From Azolla caroliniana (Eukaryota; Plantae; Polypodiophyta), in NCBI GenBank assembly GCA_043228905.1, contig JBHGNT010000013.1, positions 1,984,001-2,048,000 on the forward strand: a stretch of DNA of 64,000 bases, written 5' to 3'. Under the pieces are notes generated by a model, which saw nothing but the letters and a program-made list of their open reading frames with translations, did no database searches and had not been told where the DNA came from. Made by a program: the position numbers and the translations under genes. Position 1 is the stretch's first letter, and the number at the start of each line of letters is the position of its first letter. Positions 10,837-20,541 of this stretch are shown in pieces.

Positions 10837-11078
10837 ACAAATAATGAGATCAAGATTCACACCAACTTATGCTCTATCTTGATGATCATATCTCATACTT
10901 CGGGTGGAAATCTGGCCTTTGAGAATCAAAAGCGAATTCTCCTAGGACCATCAAAGCTACAAGCAACAACAGTTTATGCCACTCCGCTTGAATCAAGCCT
11001 TGTGGATATTATTTGGCAACGAATTCACTCTGATGATTTCGCTAAGGATGTCTTAGCCCACATTAGTCCAAGCCATGC
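10837..11078 (+). mobile_element. Duplicate Tcn1-like fragment B', left part (continues at 53659-53747)
   Basis: Diverged copy of 5578-5821; resumes after element C, matching 5822-5905. Confidence 0.88.
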
Positions 11079-12137
11079 TGTTACCGATGAGGAACACGGT
11101 CTTCGGTCAGTCCTTCGACCTAGACGTCCAAGTGATTGTGGAACAATGAATGGGCGTCTATGCGTAATGCGTAGGGGAATGTTCCCCGTAACCTATCAGC
11201 ATTTAAAGGAGACGGTTACAACCGAATCCTTAGCAATGGTTACACCTACGTTCTTACACGCTCAGGTATTCCAGACACACAGTAGATTAGCCGTAGCTAT
11301 ACACTAACTTTTAGAGAAGATAGAATTCTATTTCGATACGCTTCTTTACATTCCAAAATTACACGCTCCCTCTATCAGAGGTTTTCTGCCCTTTATATAC
11401 GCAGGGTCTATTTAGCTGTTCACGCTTCCTACGTGAACCGTTACATGCGTTATGATCTTATATTATTTCTTATTCCTACGCTCTTGTCCTTCACTTACTA
11501 TTCCGGCGGTGTCGTGAAGATTTTCGGCAATAGTGTGAAAATCCCATAAAACGTACGAAATCGAGTATGAATCACATAATACAATAATTGTGAAGAAAAC
11601 ATTTTTAATATCTAAGTACAAAATGATGGAGGTTTCGAATGCACATTATTACACGAGAAATGGACAACTAAATGTCAAGATATAAGGGTATAAAGTTTGT
11701 GAAAAGAAAAGAGAAAATTGTGAGATATCCCACATAGGCACGACAAATACGGCTCTCATCATATATAAGGTGGAGCAAAAGATATTATCTTTGTGTCTAT
11801 GTGTGGAGCATAGAGAGTTCAAGGTAACATGAACTTAGAGTGGAGGTGGCTAGCTATTCGAAAAGGGTTTTGGCCAACCAAAACCGGACCGGCGATGGAG
11901 CCGGTGATCCGACGGCATCCGACCGCAATCCGGCGGCTGCATGCGGCACAGGTATCCGGCGGCGGCATCCGGCGGCGGCGTCGGTATCCGGCGTCGGCGT
12001 CGGCATCCGGCGGCAACATCGGTATCCGGCGGCGGCATCCGGCAAGGCACCGGTATCCGGCGGCGACATCCGGCGAACCGGCGACTAGATAAAATAAATA
12101 TATAAATATATATACATGCTTACATATACAAGGAGGG

Positions 12138-12203
12138 CAAGTGTGGATTCGAACCTTACACCTCCAAGTTAGGAGTCAAATGGCTTACCATTAAGCCATG
12201 GTA
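12138..12203 (-). other. tRNA-like Pol III A/B-box element in the D LTR (second copy at about 24381-24446)
   Basis: Minus strand: A box TGGCTTAATGG with D-stem GGCTT/AAGCC, perfect B box GGTTCGAATCC; acceptor stem not formed. Confidence 0.75.
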
Positions 12204-12606
12204 TTTAGTTGAAATTATATTTCTATCATTGTACTTTTACATGTAAATTCTCATACATGAGAGCTAAAATGAGTGACATGGTTAGCATGCACCACATGTA
12301 ATACTTAAGCGCCAAATGGCAAACATGCAATTTATGCATGTCTTGTAGCCTCACATGCATCATATGCATGAGAGCATCTATAAAAGAGGGAAGGGGGAGG
12401 AGTAAAAGACGGTTTTTTTTATGAAAATTAAGAGGAAGAAATTCGTTTTGAAATCAATCGTGTAATCTCAACTTCTCTCTTTTCCAATCTATCTTAAGTA
12501 ATTTCTCGCCAAAGCTTGTATCGACTCTAAATTTTTCTGGTCCAGAACTCCGTCGGTTCCGCCTCACGATCCGCGCGTAGTGACGGATCTTCACGACATA
12601 ATCAAG

Positions 12607-12624
12607 TGGTGAACCCGACGTGAA
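12607..12624 (+). promoter_or_regulatory. Primer binding site, tRNA-Trp (element D)
   Basis: TGGTGAACCCGACGTGAA, complementary to the recalled plant tRNA-Trp 3' end UUCACGUCGGGUUCACCA. Confidence 0.85.
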
Positions 12625-12665
12625 AGAGGCGGTAGGAAGGATCAAGTCGAGATTAATACTTGGAG

Positions 12666-14837
12666 ATGGCGTCCTCCAGCAACCAAGCAGGAGAGCTCGA
12701 AAGTATAATGCTAATCGTCGAGCAAATGATGAGATCTCGGGACAACGACGCGAGCGTGGAGAAGGCTGTCGATCGTGTCGTAGAGCTCGAGGGCCAATTC
12801 GATGGAAGGAACGTTACGAAGTTCCTTGATGCATATAAGAGGGAGATGAATCAAAGGGACGTGTCCGAGGCCGTCGCCAACAACATCCAAAGACGCATCA
12901 TCGAGCTTCAAGAAGGAAAGACAACATGGTCCGAGTTCGAGAAAACGATACTATCGGAGTTCGTGACTGAAGACTCAATGAGGATGACTCGACATGCCCT
13001 GATGAAGTGGATAGAGAAGAAGAATAAGAAGATGAGCGTCTCGAGGGTGTACGACGAATTCGACCAGATGTTTAGTCGTCTCCCCAATACGGACCAAGTA
13101 TTGCTTGAAGAGGACAAGACTTTGTACTTCTTGAAGGCCGTGGACATAAAGGATAGACGGGAGTTGGGGACTCTTCTCGAAGATGATACCCAAGCAAATG
13201 GGCTCGTAGCGGACTGGATCGCGGTGAAGCGGGCATGCAATAGGCTCGACAAGCGTCGCCAATGGGTTGATGACACCGACTTGACGGGACCGACTACCAC
13301 GGAGAAAGCAAGACCGCCGAAAGTAGCTGAGCCGCCAAGACAAAGTAACGTGGAAGAAAAGAAGATTGATGACGACATCATCGAAGAGCTAGCGAAGAAG
13401 TTCGAGAAGGTCACGTTAGCCAACATGAATCGTCGGGGCCCTAAAGGAAAAGAACCCTTTAGATGCGTGTGGTGCGATAGCATGGACCACATGAGAAGGG
13501 ATTGTGCGAGCCTTCGAGAGGCGATTCGACAAAATATCGTATACATAGAGGACAACATGATCTGCTCAAGCGAGACTAGAAGACCCCTACGGGTGAATTT
13601 CGGAAGAGGAGGAATGAAGAGATCTATGGAGGATGCCGATGCGACTCATGTGGATGCGATGCACTATGCTGCGTCGGCCGGAATAAGAGTCGGGAAAGAC
13701 AAGACTGAAGCTGCTAGAGTGGGAGCAAAGTTTTGGACTTTCGTTCTCGAATATGAGAAGAAGGGAAAAATCACATCGAACGAGGTAGAGCTTGCGGACC
13801 GAAGCGTTCAAAGCATAACCGGGTGGTCGGATCCGGTGGATGACAACACCATACTCGCAGAGGTGATGTGCGACAACCACGAGGTGTTCGTCGAAGAAAA
13901 GAGAAAGAGAATAGAAGAGCAAGGCCCATCTAAAAGACATGAAACAAGGAACGCGAAAAAGAAGGACGATGCGGAGACGAGTCGACCTTTACAAACGGAG
14001 GAACGAGAATCAAGCCGAAAAGGGGAGCCGAGCATACGAGTTGAAGAAACGGTGCGGCCCGTGAAGGTTGGTGTCGAAGACCCCGCTCGGAGGACAAGGA
14101 CTATACCTACCTATAAGCTAAGGTCAGACATAGAGCAGACGACGGACCTAAAGAAGATTCTCGAAGAACGAGTTATTGATAGCCACGTAACTTTGTCCTT
14201 GAGGGAATTGCTTGGCATTACGAAGAAGGAGTTCCATGACAGGATCGTGGACCTTGTTAAGAGAAAGAGACAATAATCGGACGAGGAAGAAGAGAAGCCG
14301 CAGAAAGCAAAAACGAATGCCATAACGATGGCAAGAGACGAAATCGATGAAGATATGGTGGACAGCCACTACACTCGACCTCATTGGGCACGAGCGACAA
14401 CGGAGACGCCGGTGAAGATCGGGGAGAAGAAAGAGACTGTCGTAGCCTTGATCGACCACGGCTCGGAGATCAACCTCATGTCAACCGACTTCTACAAAAA
14501 GGGAAGATGGCCAATCAATACAAACCACGAATGGAAGATTCGCGCGGCAACAAAGTCTACGGAGGACTTGTACGGAGCTTGTCCCAATGTCAAAGTCACG
14601 ATCGGGGATGTGGAGATGGATCAACACTTCTTCGTACAAGAATCGGCGTCGCATCCTGTCATCCTAGGGCAACCTTATATCACATCATCTCGGATGGAGA
14701 CCAAAGTGTTCGATAATGGAGCAGCCTTCGCACGAATAAAGAGTCTTGACAACCAAAGATCGGTCCAATTCCTAACGGTGCGAGCCAATCATGAAAGGAA
14801 TCGAGATAGTCTCAGAGGCGAATCCCCGGATTTTTAG
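12666..14837 (+). pseudogene. gag: Gag-protease ORF of D with one in-frame stop at 14274-14276
   Basis: ORFs 12660..14276 and 14328..14837 share a frame; CVWCDSMDHMRRDC knuckle; protease ALIDHGSEIN. Confidence 0.88.
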
Positions 14838-15081
14838 AGCGGACTATTGAAGCATGGGGCACAAATAGTCCGAGCAATCACAAGACCCCACAAGAAAGAA
14901 GAGTGTGTGGATTGCAAGGAGAAGCAACATGTGTCACACCTAGTGGCGCATGTAAACTAGTACTACCCGACAAGAAGCACAAGCGCCGGATACAAGAATT
15001 CGAGAAGATGCTGAAAGAAGAGAACATAATAGAAGAAGGAGAGTTCGTGACTCATATTATGGAAGAAGCCTCATTTAATGA

Positions 15082-18000
15082 TGTTGGGATTTCGGTCCCT
15101 CCGGATGGGATGTCCGGAGATGAATGACGGCAAGCCCGGTTGCGGTTACGGAACCGGATGATGAAGAGTACCCGGCATGAAGCCGGATGAAGAGACCCCG
15201 GCTACGGAGCCGAATGCTGAAGACCCCGGCTACGGAGCCGGATGATGAATGTACCCGGAGAGAGATCCGGATGCGGGGACATATTTGTGAATATGTTTTC
15301 CAAGAGCCCTTGAGGCTTTATTTGTAAATAGCCCGAAAGTCATATGTGTATAAATATGACTTAGGGCAAACAGTTTAAAGTTTTTTTTTTGTTGTTGTTG
15401 TTGCTCATTTTCTGTTTTCCACTAAGAGGGAGCGAAGTGAGAGCAGCCGAGAGAGAGTGAGAGAGAAGGAGGAAGGAAGAGGTCGACGCCTCTGTGTAAT
15501 ACCGCCGCCTGTGGCGAGGACAGCGAGCTCAAGGTCGTCGCCTTGCAGCTCGCCATTGTACATTCCCGCGTATAGTGATAGTTGGAGTCTTGCACTCCCG
15601 TGGTTTTTCCCATTTAGGGTTTTCCACGTAAAACATCCAGTGTGCCCTTCTCTCTATTGTTTTCGTGCATTGGTGTATTTCCCGTTTTCTGTGAATCGAT
15701 CCTGTTCCTCGGTTGTGGCCGGAGGCGGAAGCCCGTCAAAGTGGTATCAGAGCGACGGTAACACAGAAAATGGAAGGCGGCAGCAGCGGGCAGCCGGGGA
15801 TGATGGTGCTGAATGCGCAGAACTACGCCGACTGGAAGATAAAGATGGAGGATCTGCTCATTGTTCGGGACCTGTATGAACCGATCGACAGGTCGGAAAT
15901 ACCCAAGGGGGTACTTGAGACGGAGTGGAGGCTTCTGAACCGGAAAGCCGTTGCAACCATTCGGCAATACGTCGACGTGAGCGTTCTACAACACGTGGCG
16001 AACGACACCAACGCATATGAGATGTGGAGGAAGCTGTCGGGCCTCTACGAGAGGAAGAATGCGTTGAACCGGACCTCCCTGATGCGAAAGATAGTGAACC
16101 TCAAGTACCGGGACGGCGAGAGTATGGTGGAACATGTAAGCACGTTCATGGGATTCGTGAACCAGCTTGCGGCGATCAAGTTCCCGTTGGAGGATGCAAT
16201 GCAAGCCATCATCCTGATGTGTACATTGCCGGACAGCTGGGAGAACTTGGTGGTGACTCTCAGCACCTCCTGCGCCGAAGATAACTTGTCCCTACAAACG
16301 GTAAAGACAAGTATTTTGAACGAAGAAGCGCGTCGGAGAGATAAAGAACCGGTCTCCGACTCGAAGGCGCTGCTTACCGAATCGGAACGGGGAAGACAAT
16401 GGAACCGGAGTCCGCAAAGACGGGAGAAGTCGGGGACCCGGTCGCAGTCAAGAGGAAGACCCACATGCTTCCACTGTGGGAAGCCGGGGCACTTCCGGAA
16501 GAATTGTCGGCATTACCGAAAGGACAACGGAGCCGACGACACCGATTCGAAGAAGTCACCGGAGAGAAACGGTGCATACAGGGGAGCCACGGACCGGAGA
16601 GGTCCGGATCGGCGAGGGCAGGACCAGAAAGGAACGACGGCACTCGCGACAAGTGAAGAAGAGATAATGCTCATTACCGAAGAGAGGGAGCTGAACCTTG
16701 CCGGTGAAGAGATGACCTGGGTGGTCGATTCCGGAGCGTCGTTCCACCTGACCCCGGAGAAGAAATACTTCTCATCCTACACAGCCGGTGAGCACGGCTG
16801 TGTCCGGATGGGAAATGAAGGCACATGCCGGATTGCCGGCATAGGAGACGTGTGGCTGTTGACATCAACCGGATGCAAGATGCTGTTGAAGGATGTGCGA
16901 CACGTTCCGGAGGTCCGATTGAACCTGATCTCGGCCGGGAGGCTAGATGATGAAGGCTACACGGGTAGCATCCGGAACGGTGTCATGAAGTTCAGCAAGG
17001 GGAGCCTGATAGTGGCTCGGGCCCGGAAGGTCAACACCCTGTACCTGATGAATTCCCAGCTATGTCCGGAGGAGCTGAACGTGGCAGCCGACACTGCCGG
17101 TGAGCTGTGGCACAAGAGACTGTGCCACATGAGCGAGAAGGGGATGAAGAGGCTTGCAGAAGACAACCTCATTCCAGTGAAGCATGTGCATCTGGAGAAG
17201 TGCACCGATTGCCTGGCCGGTAAGCAGAACCGAACCTCCTTCCACTCAAGGCCACCGACGAGACGTAGCGCACCATTGGAGTTGGTGCACACGGATGTGT
17301 GTCAAGTAGAAACAAAGTCACATGGCGGAGCCCAGTACTTCGTGACATTCATTGATGACCACAGCCGGAAGCTGTGGACGGCACCGTTGAAGACAAAGGA
17401 CCAAGTGTTGTGCGTCTTCAAAGAACTTCACGCGAGAGTGGAAAGGGAATCCGGCAAGAAGCTGAAAGCGATACGAGCGGATAACGGAGGGGAATACCGG
17501 GGGCAGTTCCAGGAGTACTGTCGCTCGAAGGGAATCCGGCTCGAGTTTACTGTGCCGAAGACGCCGGAACTGAACGGGCTGGCCGAGAGGATGAACCGGA
17601 CCATAATGGAGAGGGTCCGGAGTATGCTGGCGCATGCGAAATTACCCAAGGGGTTTTGGGCTGAGGCAATGTCGACGGCGACATATGTGATAAACCGATC
17701 ACCCTCAGTACCTTTGGACGGAGACACGCCGCAGAGAGTGTGGACCGGTAGGGAAATATCTTACCGGCATCTGAAGGTGTTCGGGTGTCTCGCATACGTG
17801 CATGTGGCAAAGGACCGGAGAGGAAAGCTAGATCCGAAGACCCGGCCATGCATATTCCTCGGTTACGGCAACGACGAGTTCGGCTACCGAGTATGGGACC
17901 CGGTCGACAAGAAGATATTCCGGAGTCGTGATATCATCTTCGTGGAGAACAAGACACTCGCCGACTGGGAGTCGGAGAAGAAGATGAAGAGCTCCAAGTC

Positions 18001-20541
18001 GACCGGTGAGGATCAACTCTACGAGGAGCAGTCCCGACCGGCAAGGGACCGGTTAGCACTCGAGGACCCGGCCGAAGACGGTGAAGAAACAGAACCGGCC
18101 GAAGAAGATGAAAATGATACCGGAACCGGCCCCGATCCCGAAATGGATTCGGATGAAGAAGAAGAATCGGAAGAACCGGTTACCGAAGCTCCCGAACGGA
18201 GATATCCTCTAAGAGAGAGGAGGGCCCCCCGGAGATTTCCGGAACCAGAGCACGTGCTGCTAACCGACGAGGGGGAGCCGGAGAGCTTTGAAGAAGCAAA
18301 GCATGACACCCAGAGCCGCAGGTGGTTGAGTGCCATGCAGGACGAGATGGATTCCCTGCATGAGAACCACACATACGAACTTGTGGAGTTGCCGAATGGA
18401 AAGCGGGCACTTCGAAACAAGTGGGTGTTCAAGCTGAAACCGGGAGATGCCGGAAACCCCCCGAGATACAAAGCCAGGATCGTGGTGAAGGGGTTTCAGC
18501 AGAAGAAGGGCGTCGACTTCGACGAAATATTTGCCCCGGTAGTGAAGATGACCTCCATCCGGACGGTGCTGAGCATAGCGGCAAGCATGGACCTCGAGGT
18601 AGAACAGATGGACGTGAAGACGGCATTCCTTCACGGCGACCTCGAAGAAGAGATCTACATGCAGCAACCGGAAGGATTCGAGAAGAAAGGGAAGGAGCAC
18701 CTGGTATGCCGGTTGAAGAAGAGCCTTTACGGACTGAAGCAGGCTCCCCGGCAATGGTACCGGAAGTTCGACTCCTTCATGACCGACGAAGGGTACCACA
18801 AAACGCAGTCTGATCACTGCGTGTTTGTGAAGAAGTTCGAAGGAGGAGACTCTCTAATACTCCTCCTGTACGTGGACGACATGTTGATCGTCGGACGGGA
18901 CCAGGTCAAGATACGGGTGCTGAAGAAGGCTCTTCACCGAACCTTCTCAATGAAGGACTTGGGTCCGGCGAGGCAAATACTAGGGATGCACATCATCCGG
19001 GACCGGAAGAAGAAGCAGTTGTGGCTGTCACAGGAGAAGTACGTGACAAAGGTGCTTAAACGGTTCAACATGTCGGAAGCAAGACCGGTCGGATCGACCC
19101 TCTCGGCAAACTGCAAGTTGTCCAGCAAGCAAAGTCCCAAGACAAAGGCTGAAAAGGAGGATATGATGAAAGTGCCGTATGCCTCAGCCGTCGGGAGCTT
19201 GATGTACGCCATGGTGTGTACGAGACCGGACATCGGATATGCAGTCGGAGTGGTAAGCCGGTACATGAGCAATCCCGGCAAAGAGCACTGGAACGCGGTC
19301 AAGTGGATACTCCGATACCTGAAGGGCACGGCAAACGTGTGCCTCCGATTCGGCTCCGGTAAGCCCGAACTCGACGGCTTTACCGATTCGGATATGTCGG
19401 CTGATGCAGATACCAGCCGGTCCACATCAGGGTATGTGATGACGTATGCAGGAGGAGCTGTTTCATGGCAGTCGAGGCTGCAGAAGACGGTTGCGTTATC
19501 AACCACGGAGGCGGAGTACATGGCGGCTGTTGAAGCCGGCAAGGAAATAATATGGATGAAGGACTTCATTAGAGAGCTCGGTATCCGGCAGGAGGAGTAT
19601 CGACTCTACTGCGATAGTCAGAGTGCCATCCACCTTGTAAAGAACGCGGCCTACCATTCCCGGACGAAACACATCCAGCGTAGATACCACTGGATCCGGG
19701 AAAGGATAGAAGACAAGGAGTTCGTGCTGACGAAGATCCACACGGACGACAACGGGTCGGATATGCTGACCAAGGTGCTCACAACCGATAAGCTGGAAGG
19801 ATGCCGGAAGAGGATCGGGTTGGAGAGACATCCCATCCGAAGTGAAGAGGGAGTCTGTTGGGATTTCGGTCCCTCCGGATGGGATGTCCGGAGATGAATG
19901 ACGGCAAGCCCGGTTGCGGTTACGGAACCGGATGATGAAGAGTACCCGGCATGAAGCCGGATGAAGAGACCCCGGCTACGGAGCCGAATGCTGAAGACCC
20001 CGGCTACGGAGCCGGATGCTGAAGAACCCCGGTTACGGAGCCGGATGATGAATGTACCCGGAGAGAGATCCGGATGCGGGGACATATTTGTGAATATGTT
20101 TTCCAAGAGCCCTTGAGGCTTTATTTGTAAATAGCCCGAAAGTCATATGTGTATAAATATGACTTAGGGCAAACAGTTTAAAGTTTTTTTTTTGTTGTTG
20201 TTGTTGCTCATTTTCTGTTTTCCACTAAGAGGGAGCGAAGTGAGAGCAGCCGAGAGAGAGTGAGAGAGAAGGAGGAAGGAAGAGGTCGACGCCTCTGTGT
20301 AATACCGCCGCCTGTGGCGAGGACAGCGAGCTCAAGGTCGTCGCCTTGCAGCTCGCCATTGTACATTCCCGCGTATAGTGATAGTTGGAGTCTTGCACTC
20401 CCGTGGTTTTTCCCATTTAGGGTTTTCCACGTAAAACATCCAGTGTGCCCTTCTCTCTATTGTTTTCGTGCATTGGTGTATTTCCCGTTTTCTGTGAATC
20501 GATCCTGTTCCTCGGTTGTGGCCGGAGGCGGAAGCCCGTCA
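15082..20541 (+). mobile_element. Intact Ty1/Copia element H (Tnt1/Tork-like)
   Basis: LTRs 15082-15738 and 19856-20541, identical by eye apart from one 29-bp repeat unit; TSD AATGA; tRNA-iMet PBS TGGTATCAGAGC at 15742-15753; PPT about 19839-19853. Confidence 0.97.
15770..19897 (+). CDS. Copia gag-pol polyprotein (Gag-PR-INT-RT-RH), uninterrupted
   Basis: ATG at 15770; CFHCGKPGHFRKNC, VVDSGAS, WHKRLCH, NGLAERMN, YVDD, TDSD; stop lies 42 nt inside the 3' LTR. Confidence 0.96.
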   Translation: MEGGSSGQPGMMVLNAQNYADWKIKMEDLLIVRDLYEPIDRSEIPKGVLETEWRLLNRKAVATIRQYVDVSVLQHVANDTNAYEMWRKLSGLYERKNALNRTSLMRKIVNLKYRDGESMVEHVSTFMGFVNQLAAIKFPLEDAMQAIILMCTLPDSWENLVVTLSTSCAEDNLSLQTVKTSILNEEARRRDKEPVSDSKALLTESERGRQWNRSPQRREKSGTRSQSRGRPTCFHCGKPGHFRKNCRHYRKDNGADDTDSKKSPERNGAYRGATDRRGPDRRGQDQKGTTALATSEEEIMLITEERELNLAGEEMTWVVDSGASFHLTPEKKYFSSYTAGEHGCVRMGNEGTCRIAGIGDVWLLTSTGCKMLLKDVRHVPEVRLNLISAGRLDDEGYTGSIRNGVMKFSKGSLIVARARKVNTLYLMNSQLCPEELNVAADTAGELWHKRLCHMSEKGMKRLAEDNLIPVKHVHLEKCTDCLAGKQNRTSFHSRPPTRRSAPLELVHTDVCQVETKSHGGAQYFVTFIDDHSRKLWTAPLKTKDQVLCVFKELHARVERESGKKLKAIRADNGGEYRGQFQEYCRSKGIRLEFTVPKTPELNGLAERMNRTIMERVRSMLAHAKLPKGFWAEAMSTATYVINRSPSVPLDGDTPQRVWTGREISYRHLKVFGCLAYVHVAKDRRGKLDPKTRPCIFLGYGNDEFGYRVWDPVDKKIFRSRDIIFVENKTLADWESEKKMKSSKSTGEDQLYEEQSRPARDRLALEDPAEDGEETEPAEEDENDTGTGPDPEMDSDEEEESEEPVTEAPERRYPLRERRAPRRFPEPEHVLLTDEGEPESFEEAKHDTQSRRWLSAMQDEMDSLHENHTYELVELPNGKRALRNKWVFKLKPGDAGNPPRYKARIVVKGFQQKKGVDFDEIFAPVVKMTSIRTVLSIAASMDLEVEQMDVKTAFLHGDLEEEIYMQQPEGFEKKGKEHLVCRLKKSLYGLKQAPRQWYRKFDSFMTDEGYHKTQSDHCVFVKKFEGGDSLILLLYVDDMLIVGRDQVKIRVLKKALHRTFSMKDLGPARQILGMHIIRDRKKKQLWLSQEKYVTKVLKRFNMSEARPVGSTLSANCKLSSKQSPKTKAEKEDMMKVPYASAVGSLMYAMVCTRPDIGYAVGVVSRYMSNPGKEHWNAVKWILRYLKGTANVCLRFGSGKPELDGFTDSDMSADADTSRSTSGYVMTYAGGAVSWQSRLQKTVALSTTEAEYMAAVEAGKEIIWMKDFIRELGIRQEEYRLYCDSQSAIHLVKNAAYHSRTKHIQRRYHWIRERIEDKEFVLTKIHTDDNGSDMLTKVLTTDKLEGCRKRIGLERHPIRSEEGVCWDFGPSGWDVRR

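Noticed and set aside
11819-12092. Cluster of overlapping Arg/Ala/Pro-rich ORFs on both strands
   Set aside because: Artefact of the GC-rich LTR repeat array
14274-14276. TAA between D gag and protease as programmed read-through
   Set aside because: The homologous region of F (KRKIQTTEE) has no stop, so a point mutation is more likely
15130-15260. 28-30-bp repeats that could suggest a CRISPR array (also 60062-60200)
   Set aside because: Head-to-tail degenerate LTR repeats with no unique spacers and no cas genes, in a eukaryotic context
15823-19831. Numerous antisense and alternative-frame ORFs over pol genes (here and throughout the window)
   Set aside because: Shadow ORFs of GC-rich coding sequence with no recognisable motifs
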